A stretch of 64,000 bases of DNA from Thermodesulfobacteriota bacterium (GTDB taxonomy: Bacteria > Desulfobacterota_D > UBA1144 > Nemesobacterales > UBA2774). The notes beneath the pieces were generated by a model, which did no database searches, was not told where the DNA came from, and saw only the letters and a program-made list of their open reading frames with translations. Made by a program: the position numbers and the translations under genes. The DNA is taken from contig OZ244991.1 in NCBI GenBank assembly GCA_965223335.1, positions 832,001-896,000 of the forward strand. The letters are read 5' to 3'. Positions 50,799 through 59,941 of this stretch are shown here, piece after piece. Numbering within the stretch: position 1 is the stretch's first letter; each line of letters starts with the position of its first letter.

Positions 50799-51164
50799 AT
50801 GCCTATTTTGATAGATAAGCCTTCTCTTGTGGAGGCAGCCGGGAACAAATCGAAAAAAATCGAAGAATACATAGGACGAATCACAACCGAGCACAGTGAA
50901 CTAAGTATTGCGCGTATGACCTCGCCCGAGGGATGGGAAGAGCCGGGGCAGTGCCCGGATTTTACGGAGTTCACCGTGGTGCTGCGAGGTACGTTGGTAG
51001 TGGAACATAATGGCGGTATAATTGAGGTAAATAGTGGCCAGTGTGTAATTACGCACTCCGGGGAGTGGGTTAGGTACAGTACACCTAAAACTGGAGGAGC
51101 AGAATACATTGCCGTGTGCCTACCGGCGTTTTCCCCCGACACTGTGCACAGAGATACCGACTGA
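50799..51164 (+). CDS. Cupin domain protein
   Basis: GWEEPGQCPDFTEFTVVLRG, GEWVRYSTP, CLPAFSP. Confidence 0.8.
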   Translation: MPILIDKPSLVEAAGNKSKKIEEYIGRITTEHSELSIARMTSPEGWEEPGQCPDFTEFTVVLRGTLVVEHNGGIIEVNSGQCVITHSGEWVRYSTPKTGGAEYIAVCLPAFSPDTVHRDTD

Positions 51165-51169
51165 TTTCT

Positions 51170-51754
51170 ATGGGATACGATTCCAAAGACAGGTGCGAGT
51201 GGTGTGGTAGTAACGAAATCTATATCGCCTACCATGACGATGAGTGGGGTGTACCGGTACATGACGATAACCACCTGTTCGAAATGATCACGCTCGAGGG
51301 AGCCCAGGCAGGGCTCAGCTGGTTTACTGTGTTAAAACGGCGTCAGAGCTACAGGGAGCTTTTCGATAATTTCGACCCAAAAAAAATAGCAAACTATAAT
51401 GAAGCAAAATTAGAGGACCTGGTCCAAAACCCTGGCATAATTAGAAACCGCAAAAAAATACTGTCCACTCGGACTAACGCCAAAGCTTTCCTACAAGTAC
51501 AAGACGAGTTCGGTTCATTCGATAACTACATTTGGCAGTTTGTAAACCACAATCCCATACAAAACAGCTGGCGACGCCTAAGCGAACTCCCCTCCAAGAC
51601 CCCCATCTCGGATCAGATGAGTAAGGACCTAAAAAAACGAGGGTTTAGCTTCATGGGTTCAACTATCTGTTACGCACTAATGCAGTCGATAGGCATGGTA
51701 AATGATCATCTTATCTTCTGCTTTAGGCACCAAGAAGTAAAGAACCTCTCCTAA
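51170..51754 (+). CDS. tag: DNA-3-methyladenine glycosylase I
   Basis: RCEW, YHDDEWG, LEGAQAGLSW, IIRNRKKI, GMVNDH...C. Confidence 0.95.
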   Translation: MGYDSKDRCEWCGSNEIYIAYHDDEWGVPVHDDNHLFEMITLEGAQAGLSWFTVLKRRQSYRELFDNFDPKKIANYNEAKLEDLVQNPGIIRNRKKILSTRTNAKAFLQVQDEFGSFDNYIWQFVNHNPIQNSWRRLSELPSKTPISDQMSKDLKKRGFSFMGSTICYALMQSIGMVNDHLIFCFRHQEVKNLS

Positions 51755-51767
51755 AACCCCAGCCTTA

Positions 51768-51814
51768 TTGACAGTTCAATAAACTTGATTTACAATTGAG
51801 AACTTTTCTCAATT
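51768..51814 (+). promoter_or_regulatory. sigma70 promoter overlapped by a 9-3-9 Fur-family operator
   Basis: TTGACA(51768)-17-TACAAT(51791); inverted repeat with perfect arms, AATTGAGAA-CTT-TTCTCAATT, at 51794-51814. Confidence 0.8.
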
Positions 51815-51859
51815 AGATTTTTGTGTGTTTACGTTGTCTATCTACGGGAGCTTTTTTCT

Positions 51860-52282
51860 ATGGAAAATCTCGATAGAATAAGGTCTGTTTTCCACAAACG
51901 CGGGTTAAAATGCACCCCTCAGCGCCTTGCCGTGCTCGATGTCCTACTCAACACACAAACACACCTATCTATAAACGAAATCCACTGCCAGGTCAAACAA
52001 GAGCTCCCTGACATGGGGCTTGCAACGGTTTACCGCACACTCGAGATACTGGTCGACCTCGAACTGGCAGCCAAGGTGCACCTGGAGAACGGGTGCCACA
52101 GCTACACAGCCGCAACCGGCGGACATAGACACCCCATACTATGCACCGATTGCAACCGGTTGATCGAGTTTGCAGGATGCCCGATAGACGAGATATCCGA
52201 GAAATTAACAACCGAAACAGGTTTTCTTGTAAATGACCATTTTCTGCAGATATTTGGTAAATGTAAGGAGTGCCAGTCTTAA
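51860..52282 (+). CDS. Fur-family metalloregulator (Fur/Zur/Nur-like)
   Basis: GLKCTPQRLAVL, GLATVYRTL, HRHPILCTDC, GKCKEC. Confidence 0.92.
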   Translation: MENLDRIRSVFHKRGLKCTPQRLAVLDVLLNTQTHLSINEIHCQVKQELPDMGLATVYRTLEILVDLELAAKVHLENGCHSYTAATGGHRHPILCTDCNRLIEFAGCPIDEISEKLTTETGFLVNDHFLQIFGKCKECQS

Positions 52283-52301
52283 GAATTCGTAGAGGCAACA
52301 T

Positions 52302-53015
52302 ATGTCACATATGCACATACCCGATGGAATATTGCCAATCTGGCTTATTATTGTGGGCTGGATACTAACGGCTATTTTACTAGCCATTGCAATTAAGAGG
52401 TGTTCCAACACAGATATAAAACGTAAATTACCCGTTCTGGGTATTGTGTCTGCCTTTATGATTATCAGTATGACATTTGGGATATTACCCATTGCATACC
52501 ACCTCAACCTGTGTGTAATCGCCGGAATATTGCTCGGCCCGTCACTCGCATTCATAGCAGTGTTTATAGTCGTTCTTATCATTTCGATGTTTGGTCACGG
52601 CGGGGTAACTGTGGTCAGCCTAAACGCTCTTGTCCTAGGCAGTGAAGCCGCTGCAGGCTACCTGCTCTTTAGGCTTGGGCTTAGTATATTCGGCAGGGAA
52701 TCCATCGGTCTGTCCGCTGTCATAGCTACGGTATTTGCCATTCTTTTAGGAACTTCTCTTATGTTAACAGTTGTCTACCTGTCGGGGACTAATCCTTATT
52801 ATATTAATAAAAACATCGATGAAGTTACCGAGACCCAACCCGAAGCTGCAGAACCCAAATTTAACACTATCGATATCCCAAGGCTACTGAAAGTAATGTT
52901 TATACCCCTCTCGATAGGAATAATTATCGAGGCGATGATCACAGCAATAATCGCAAAATATATAGCACGAGTAAGGCCCGACCTCATCCTATCCGAGGCA
53001 CCTTTGGAAACGTAA
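52302..53015 (+). CDS. ECF Ni/Co transporter substrate component (CbiM/NikM-like)
   Basis: N-terminal MSHMHIPDG, YHLN, GILLGP, FGHGG; multiple TM helices. Confidence 0.85.
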   Translation: MSHMHIPDGILPIWLIIVGWILTAILLAIAIKRCSNTDIKRKLPVLGIVSAFMIISMTFGILPIAYHLNLCVIAGILLGPSLAFIAVFIVVLIISMFGHGGVTVVSLNALVLGSEAAAGYLLFRLGLSIFGRESIGLSAVIATVFAILLGTSLMLTVVYLSGTNPYYINKNIDEVTETQPEAAEPKFNTIDIPRLLKVMFIPLSIGIIIEAMITAIIAKYIARVRPDLILSEAPLET

Positions 53016-53833
53016 TGGATATATTCATCATAGACTACTATGCAAACCACGGCAGGAGCTTCATACACAACGCAGGTGCTTCTTATAAACTCTTGTTCGT
53101 AGCCCTAGTCATCGCGTCTGTGATGATTACAGGTAATCTCTATCTGCTTTTAAGTATCTATCTCACACTTATGGCACTAGCAATATGGACCAGGCTCCCT
53201 GCTCTAAAGATAGCGCTGCTCTCGGGTTACCCCGCCATATTTGCACTGCTCTATGTTATAGCAATTTGGACCGGTAGTTATCTAGATGCAGCAGTAATAA
53301 TGCTAAAAGCACTCTGCTCTTCACTTGCCATGGTCACTGTAATCGTGACTACTCCATACCCCAAAATATTCGATTCAATAAAACCCTTCTTGCCCAACAT
53401 AATAGGAGAAGCGCTTTTCCTTACATATAGAGCAATTTTTATATTGATTAGGCTGGTCAACAACCTTCTTATAGCACTTAGACTCCGCGGGGGCACTAAA
53501 CCCGGGCAGTACTATACAAACACCAAAAACTTCGCATCGGGCTTGGGTCTTTTGCTCGTAAAAGGACTAGAGATATCCGAGAAGATGCATGGAGTAATGC
53601 AGGTACGCGGTTACAGCGGTAGGATATCGAGTAAAAAGAGTCACACCGGTATAACTATCGACGATGTGGGGATATTAATCACTGGGACCCTAATATTGGG
53701 TGTTGTACTCGGATTTAGATACATAACAGGATTTAACAATTATCCAATGTCAGTACTAGCATTATCAGGCCTATTTTTAATAGTCACATTGGGACTTGCA
53801 AACAAAACCACGACAGATCGAGCGAGGTCTTAA
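53015..53833 (+). CDS. ECF transmembrane T component (CbiQ/NikQ-like)
   Basis: TTPYP, LTYRAIFI, LRGG, VRGYSG motifs. Confidence 0.85.
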   Translation: MDIFIIDYYANHGRSFIHNAGASYKLLFVALVIASVMITGNLYLLLSIYLTLMALAIWTRLPALKIALLSGYPAIFALLYVIAIWTGSYLDAAVIMLKALCSSLAMVTVIVTTPYPKIFDSIKPFLPNIIGEALFLTYRAIFILIRLVNNLLIALRLRGGTKPGQYYTNTKNFASGLGLLLVKGLEISEKMHGVMQVRGYSGRISSKKSHTGITIDDVGILITGTLILGVVLGFRYITGFNNYPMSVLALSGLFLIVTLGLANKTTTDRARS

Positions 53834-53834
53834 A

Positions 53835-54686
53835 TTGGAACCGCAAACCCATATTAGAGTGAGCAACCTTAAGTTCAGATACCCCGACCAAACTGCACTG
53901 TGCTTTGACGGGGTAGATTTTGTGGTCCAAAAAGGCGAGCGCGTTGCAATACTCGGCTCCAATGGCAGCGGTAAGTCCACATTACTATCACTACTCCTAG
54001 GCCTGCATAAGCCCCTAGACGGAGAGCTTAGCGTTCTTGGGACCAATCCCTCGACCGACTTCGACAAAATAAGCAAGAGGATAGGTGCACTGCTCCAAAA
54101 CATCGACATACAGATACTCGCACCTACCGTCATGGACGATATCATGTTCTCTGCCCGCAATTACGGCTATGACGAATCCGAGTTAAAAGACTACGTGCAG
54201 GATCTATTGGTCAAACTAGATATCTCTCATTTAACCGCGAAAATCCCCCACTACCTAAGCGGAGGCGAAAAGACCAAGGTCGCCCTGGCAGGTGCACTCG
54301 TCACAAAACCCGATTTACTGATTTTGGATGAACCTTTTGAGGAGATAGATCCGATTTGTAGGACCGAGATGATTGACCTTCTAAACACAATCAACAAACA
54401 AAACGAAACCACGCTCCTATTCTCAACACACAACATGAACCTTGTCCCTAGGATTGCAGACACTGTTTACCTCATCGCAGCGGGTGGAAAAATAATGAGT
54501 AAAGGCAGTCCTACAGAGATTTTTTCAAAACTAGAAACCCTCGCAGCCTGTCATATAGAGCCCCCGGTGCTGGGAGCGCTATTTACTGAGCTCGCAAAAC
54601 AAGGTGTTGTACTCGATCCGTCGCTTACCGTCACCGAAGCAGCTTGTAAAATAAAAGAGGCAATGCTAGAATCTAACAAAAAGTAA
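53835..54686 (+). CDS. ECF ATPase (CbiO/NikO-like)
   Basis: GSNGSGKST, LSGGE, LILDEP, STH; probable TTG start at 53835. Confidence 0.88.
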   Translation: MEPQTHIRVSNLKFRYPDQTALCFDGVDFVVQKGERVAILGSNGSGKSTLLSLLLGLHKPLDGELSVLGTNPSTDFDKISKRIGALLQNIDIQILAPTVMDDIMFSARNYGYDESELKDYVQDLLVKLDISHLTAKIPHYLSGGEKTKVALAGALVTKPDLLILDEPFEEIDPICRTEMIDLLNTINKQNETTLLFSTHNMNLVPRIADTVYLIAAGGKIMSKGSPTEIFSKLETLAACHIEPPVLGALFTELAKQGVVLDPSLTVTEAACKIKEAMLESNKK

Positions 54687-54696
54687 CTGTAAGACT

Positions 54697-55032
54697 ATGA
54701 ACCAGAGACACAAGACAAACCGGATTGCTCGCACTCTCTTATTGCTCTCGTTTTCAGCGCTATTCTTGTGCGCACTAAGCATCCATAACCACGCAGCCGA
54801 TCTCGGTTCACACCCTACCTCTTCAATCGAAAATTCTCACTCAGATAACAATCATTCCCTATCTATATGTTCGGCCTGCAGTTTTAACAACAACTTACTT
54901 GATTACACAGATTCCAATCTGTCGGAAATAACACGATTTGAAACAACATATACCTTTTTCAAATCCGATGTGTTAGTTCCATCCTCATTTTTACAACTAA
55001 ACAAACCTTCCCGTTCACCCCCGCTGGTTTAA
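54697..55032 (+). CDS. DUF2946-like leader protein (signal-like segment, His-rich, CxxC, C-terminal RSPP)
   Basis: Hydrophobic N-terminus, HNH...H..H, CSAC, ends PSRSPPLV; immediately upstream of an outer-membrane barrel gene. Confidence 0.7.
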   Translation: MNQRHKTNRIARTLLLLSFSALFLCALSIHNHAADLGSHPTSSIENSHSDNNHSLSICSACSFNNNLLDYTDSNLSEITRFETTYTFFKSDVLVPSSFLQLNKPSRSPPLV

Positions 55033-55105
55033 ACACTTAACCGCATCATTATTGGTTAGTTACTAGGTTTAAAACCAGAAAATTATGTATATTCGGAGGT
55101 GAGTT

Positions 55106-56512
55106 ATGCATTATTATGCGTTTCGCGTTCCAGTTTTATTCTTAATCATAGTTGTATTTGTACTCCCGTTCTATCCGAGCCTCGCAGAGGAGCAAAATAA
55201 CATTAAACAAGAGATTAAAGAGCTTCGTCAGATGATGGAAAAGATGCAGGGCAGGATCGATGAGCTCGAGGAAAAAAACCGTGTTTTAGAACAAGAGGCA
55301 GCAGAGGAAAAGGAGACTGAGCAAAAGGAAATTATGGCTGAGCAGCCCCAGATAGAAGAAGAGCTCGATCTCGAAATCCCTGAAACCGGAACCCAGTCAG
55401 GCTCCGGTCTCACAAGGGCTTTCCAGTCACTTAATCCCGAGATAAGTGTAATAGGTATATTCTCCGCGGCATGGTTCTCAGAAGACAATCCATTTGTATT
55501 TGCTGAAATAGATCCTCAAAACACGGGTGTTAATATACAGGAGATTGAGTTTGCTTTTGGCGCCGCTGTTGACCCATACTTCAGATTCGATAGCTATTTC
55601 GTACTCACTGAGGAGGGAATTGAGCTTGAGGAAACATACGCTACTACCCTACTCAGTCTACCACTCAACTCTCAGTTCCGTGTGGGTAAAGCGCGGGCCA
55701 AGTTTGGGCGTATCAATCAGCTCCACCGCCACTCCCAGAACTTTGTCACATTGCCACTCGTCGCAGCCCAGTTCCTGGGTGAGCACCTTAACCCCACCAG
55801 CATCGAGGCCAATTTTTTGCTGCCAGTACCTTGGTTCATGGAGCTAAGCGCATCTGGGGGTAGCCCCGAAGTAGAGACACCAACATTTGCAAGGGATGAA
55901 GATGCGAATAACCTTGCACGACTTCTATATATATTTCATGTCGCGAATTTCTTTGAACTCTCAGAATCATTTGGAGTTAGTCTAGGCGGATCATTTGCCA
56001 CTGGGTCAAACGGCACAGCCCCTGGCGAGAGATCGAACCTCTACGGTGTAGACCTTTTTGCTAAGTATAGACCCCTTAGAAATAACCCTTACCAAGAGGT
56101 CATGGTACAGTCCGAGTTTATGTACCGCGATGCCGAGACCCCAGATGAGAACCTAAAAGACTGGGGTTTCTATGCCCAACTTATATACAGATTTGCAAAG
56201 AGGTGGAACGTGGGTGTTAGGTATGGCATGACTGACACAGACACCCCAGTCCAAGAAGAGGAAGAACTGGAAATAGAGCCTGAAGGGGTGCTGAGTGTAG
56301 CAAGGAATGAAGAAGGGGAGGAAGAGGAAGAGATGCTAGGACTATTGGGAAGGGCTTACCGCATCTCCCCAATGCTAACTTTCAATCCCACTGAGTATTC
56401 TCGTATACGTTTACAGTACGATTATCTCAATCAGAACTACGATGCTAATCAGCACGCTCTTTACCTCCAGTTCCAGTACTCGATCGGGGCACACGGGTCC
56501 CACCCATTTTAG
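55106..56512 (+). CDS. Outer-membrane beta-barrel, metal-uptake associated porin/receptor
   Basis: Signal peptide, coiled coil, NPEISV, AAVDPYF, FGRINQLH, SRIRLQY, ends GAHGSHPF. Confidence 0.7.
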   Translation: MHYYAFRVPVLFLIIVVFVLPFYPSLAEEQNNIKQEIKELRQMMEKMQGRIDELEEKNRVLEQEAAEEKETEQKEIMAEQPQIEEELDLEIPETGTQSGSGLTRAFQSLNPEISVIGIFSAAWFSEDNPFVFAEIDPQNTGVNIQEIEFAFGAAVDPYFRFDSYFVLTEEGIELEETYATTLLSLPLNSQFRVGKARAKFGRINQLHRHSQNFVTLPLVAAQFLGEHLNPTSIEANFLLPVPWFMELSASGGSPEVETPTFARDEDANNLARLLYIFHVANFFELSESFGVSLGGSFATGSNGTAPGERSNLYGVDLFAKYRPLRNNPYQEVMVQSEFMYRDAETPDENLKDWGFYAQLIYRFAKRWNVGVRYGMTDTDTPVQEEEELEIEPEGVLSVARNEEGEEEEEMLGLLGRAYRISPMLTFNPTEYSRIRLQYDYLNQNYDANQHALYLQFQYSIGAHGSHPF

Positions 56513-56532
56513 TTTGTACAAGGAGACAAATA

Positions 56533-57516
56533 ATGAAACTGTATAATATAAATCAATTTTTCGTGTTATTAATAGTTCTTGCAGCAAGTACAGTGCTCTT
56601 ACCGCCAAGCACTGCTTCTGCAAAGTTACGAGTAGTAACCACTACCCCCGACTTCGCAGCCATAGCTGAGGAAATAGGGGGAGATAGAATTCTGGTAGAG
56701 AGTCTTTCCAAAGGCTACCAAGACCCCCATTTTGTAGATGCGAAACCCAACTTTATATTGAAACTAAACAAAGCCGACCTTATGATCTACAACGGGCTTG
56801 GGCTCGAGGTAGGCTGGCTCCCTACACTTTTAACAGGATCTAGGAACTCCAAGATCGCCCAAACCGGTGCACTTGGGAACCTTGACGCCTCGACGCTGAT
56901 ACCCAATCTGCTAGAGATACCTGCTACACAGATAGATCGGTCTATGGGTGACATTCACCCAGGTGGGAACCCCCACTATATGCTCGACCCTAGAAACGCT
57001 CTGCCTGTAGCGCACGGGATTGCATCCAGGCTTGCACAGATAGACCCCGAAGGTAAAGAACTTTACCAAGCAAACTACACTCGGTTCGTAAAGGAATTGA
57101 AACTGAAGATTAACGAGTGGCAGCAGCAGCTTGAACCTTATAAAGGCTCAAATGTCGTGACCTATCACAAGCTCTGGGCCTATTTCACCGATTGGGCTGA
57201 GTTAAAAGAGATAGGATTCATAGAACCCAAGCCTGGTATCCCGCCCTCTGCTTCACATGTGAGTAGACTGATAAAAGTAATTGAACAGAGCAACGTAGGG
57301 TTGATCCTAGCCGCCAACTACTATCCCGAGAAAACTCCCAGGATTATAGCTGAGAAGACTGGTGCAGTTTTCCTCGCGCTCCCAGTAATGGTCGGGGGAC
57401 GTGATGGTATCAACACATATACGGAGCTATTTGATACTATTGTGGACGAGATAGCGTCCTCCGGTATCAATCCCACCGAGGCAATAGACTCCAAAGGGTC
57501 GGAGAGTACAAAATGA
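56533..57516 (+). CDS. Metal ABC transporter substrate-binding protein (ZnuA/TroA cluster A-I)
   Basis: QDPHF, HPGGNPHYMLDP, TYHK, EPKPGIPPS. Confidence 0.88.
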   Translation: MKLYNINQFFVLLIVLAASTVLLPPSTASAKLRVVTTTPDFAAIAEEIGGDRILVESLSKGYQDPHFVDAKPNFILKLNKADLMIYNGLGLEVGWLPTLLTGSRNSKIAQTGALGNLDASTLIPNLLEIPATQIDRSMGDIHPGGNPHYMLDPRNALPVAHGIASRLAQIDPEGKELYQANYTRFVKELKLKINEWQQQLEPYKGSNVVTYHKLWAYFTDWAELKEIGFIEPKPGIPPSASHVSRLIKVIEQSNVGLILAANYYPEKTPRIIAEKTGAVFLALPVMVGGRDGINTYTELFDTIVDEIASSGINPTEAIDSKGSESTK

Positions 57517-57561
57517 GTGACAATTTACCAATAACAATGGTGAGCTCGAGACGGTGATCAT

Positions 57562-58284
57562 ATGGCAAACCTGATTGAACTCGAGAGTCTCTCAATCGGC
57601 TATGACCGCAAATTACTAACTGAACCTATTAATCTTGAGATAGGTCGCGGGGAGTTCTGGGGCATTATAGGCCCTAACGGCGGGGGTAAGAGCACATTGC
57701 TTCGTACCGTAACCGGACTCTTGCCTCCCCTAGGCGGCTGTATCCGACTCGATAACAATACGGTTTTCGGATACCTGCCCCAGCACGAGAAACTCGATAG
57801 CTTTTTTCCTGTTTCTGTCCGAGAGATCGCATCCATGGGCGCATATAGCAAGATCGGCCCAGGAAAAAAACTAACCCCGGCCGACACAAAACGGGTTAAT
57901 CAAGTGCTCGGGCTTGTTGGGGTATCAGACCTCGGCTCAAGACCGTTTCGATCACTCTCGGGTGGCGAGAAACAGCGCACACTGCTTGCACGCGCCCTAT
58001 GCGGTGAGCCTGATGTTTTGGTTCTCGACGAGCCTACTGCTTCGGTCGATCTAAAAGGTGAACAGGAAATCATGGACCTTATAAAGACTCTAAACAGCGA
58101 AAAAAAGATTGCGATCCTGATGGTAAGCCACTTTGTAAACACAATTCGAGAATATACCGACAAAACAATTTTTATAAACATCCACAACGACAAATTTATC
58201 TCGGGCAACACAGTCGAGGTATTAAACAATCAAAGTATAAAGGGAGATTTCGGTATAGATCAGGATAAACCGATATCAAATTAA
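57562..58284 (+). CDS. Metal ABC transporter ATPase (ZnuC-like)
   Basis: GPNGGGKST, LSGGEKQR, LDEPT, VSH. Confidence 0.88.
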   Translation: MANLIELESLSIGYDRKLLTEPINLEIGRGEFWGIIGPNGGGKSTLLRTVTGLLPPLGGCIRLDNNTVFGYLPQHEKLDSFFPVSVREIASMGAYSKIGPGKKLTPADTKRVNQVLGLVGVSDLGSRPFRSLSGGEKQRTLLARALCGEPDVLVLDEPTASVDLKGEQEIMDLIKTLNSEKKIAILMVSHFVNTIREYTDKTIFINIHNDKFISGNTVEVLNNQSIKGDFGIDQDKPISN

Positions 58285-58299
58285 ACTAAGGATGAGTAC

Positions 58300-59154
58300 G
58301 TGGATATTTTAAGCGAGTTTCTAAGCAGCCATTTTCTGTGGCGCGACCCGATGATAGTGGGCGCGTTTACGGGTGCCGTGTGCGGTTTCCTGGGCGTTTA
58401 TGTTGTGCTCAGACGGATTATTTTCTTCAGTGCCGCCCTCACTCAGGTTTCAAGTGTAGGTGTTGCACTCGCATTCCTGCTAGAGGCCTACAGTGTTGGT
58501 GTACTTGCCGCTTTACTGCACCCCTTTACACTATCCCTACTTGTTACATGTTTTATAGCAACACTGTTTGCCCTTAAACCCCAGCACTCGCGCATAAGCC
58601 AAGAGGGGATAATAGGGTTCATATTCCTCGTCGCATCCGCATTAGTTGTAATACTGGGTGACAGGATCTCAAAAGGCTCGCACGACATTGCCAATATTCT
58701 ATTTGGTAACGCAGTGGTAGTAGACCCCTCGGATGTACTGGTAGTCCCGATAGTAGCTTTACTGGTGTTTGCTATACATTGGATATTTCATAAGGATTTT
58801 GTCTTTGTGTCCTTCGATACCGAGACCGCCAGGCTCTATCGATACCCTGTGAGGAGACTAAATATATTACTCCTCATCACTATTGCTGTGATAGTCGCTG
58901 TATCGACAAGGGCGCTCGGCGCATTACCCGTATTTGCACTCCTCACTCTCCCCCCACTTAGCTCGCTGTTACTTTCCGAACGCATGCTTATGGTGTTTAC
59001 ACTCTCGATAGTTTTCGGCATCTTATCGGCTGTACTCGGCTACTTTTTTTCGTTCGTTCTATCCATCCCGACAGGTGCGTCCATGGCCATGTGCGCAGCG
59101 CTCATATTCATTGTTTCTCTGGGATGGAGGGAAATTGGAGGCAATTACACATGA
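58300..59154 (+). CDS. Metal ABC transporter permease (ZnuB-like)
   Basis: LGVYVVLRR, ILFGN, SFD...A, multiple TM helices. Confidence 0.88.
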   Translation: MDILSEFLSSHFLWRDPMIVGAFTGAVCGFLGVYVVLRRIIFFSAALTQVSSVGVALAFLLEAYSVGVLAALLHPFTLSLLVTCFIATLFALKPQHSRISQEGIIGFIFLVASALVVILGDRISKGSHDIANILFGNAVVVDPSDVLVVPIVALLVFAIHWIFHKDFVFVSFDTETARLYRYPVRRLNILLLITIAVIVAVSTRALGALPVFALLTLPPLSSLLLSERMLMVFTLSIVFGILSAVLGYFFSFVLSIPTGASMAMCAALIFIVSLGWREIGGNYT

Positions 59155-59561
59155 TGATATATAAAACCCTTAACATATTAATTGTTCCAATTTTACTCGC
59201 AGGTTGCAGTAATTACAGTCAATTGGATGACAAACTCAGTATTCTCAAAACCACAACTTTTAACTGCGAGGTACTAAAAGTAGATAGTGCCACTAGGTTC
59301 TTGTGTACACCGCCAAGTAAACAGGTAGAAAAAGTTAGGTTGCGTAACATTGAGATCATCGAGGGGAAAGAGCAGGATGCTCTTAATTATACAAAGTCAG
59401 TACTACGCAGGGGAACAGTTGTAAAAATAGAGTCGACCGGTCAGGGAAGGGACAAAGAAGGTTATATAATCGGCAACGTTTACATGTACGGACAGAAAAA
59501 GTTAAACCTATTACTGATTCAAGAGGGATATGCTCGCGAACAATTAGAGGACAAGAACTAA
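59151..59561 (+). CDS. Thermonuclease (SNase)-fold lipoprotein, degenerate
   Basis: Lipobox LLAGC; KVRL, RDKEG..IGNVY, LNLLLIQEGYA. Confidence 0.6.
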   Translation: MMIYKTLNILIVPILLAGCSNYSQLDDKLSILKTTTFNCEVLKVDSATRFLCTPPSKQVEKVRLRNIEIIEGKEQDALNYTKSVLRRGTVVKIESTGQGRDKEGYIIGNVYMYGQKKLNLLLIQEGYAREQLEDKN

Positions 59562-59578
59562 ATCACGCAGTCGAGAAA

Positions 59579-59839
59579 CTATAATAGATCTTTAAGCAAA
59601 ATAGACTCGTCTATTAGTAATATTGGGATTTCATCGCGGATTGGATATAGTCGATTCTTAGAATCTTTGGGTATAAGTCCGCCCTGGATTTTCTCGGTCA
59701 CCGGTTGTTTGGTCTTGTTCATGACACTGCCATTTTCTATCAAGCCGTTTATCTTCTCTACAAGCCCCGCATCAGCCAAAATCAAATCTTCCTTGGTCTC
59801 GGGGCACATCAGTATCTCTAAAAGCTTTTCATCAATCAT
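59579..59839 (-). CDS. Trm112-like protein
   Basis: MIDEKLLEILMCPETK...YPIRDEIPILLIDE. Confidence 0.85.
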   Translation of the reverse strand: MIDEKLLEILMCPETKEDLILADAGLVEKINGLIENGSVMNKTKQPVTEKIQGGLIPKDSKNRLYPIRDEIPILLIDESILLKDLL

Positions 59840-59941
59840 CTTTTCGTATCCTTGTAGGTTGATCAAAAATTCAGATGTAAGTTCCGTGCATTGTGTTAAA
59901 TTAATATAACAAATATTCATTTTTTTGGGGAGGGTACAATA

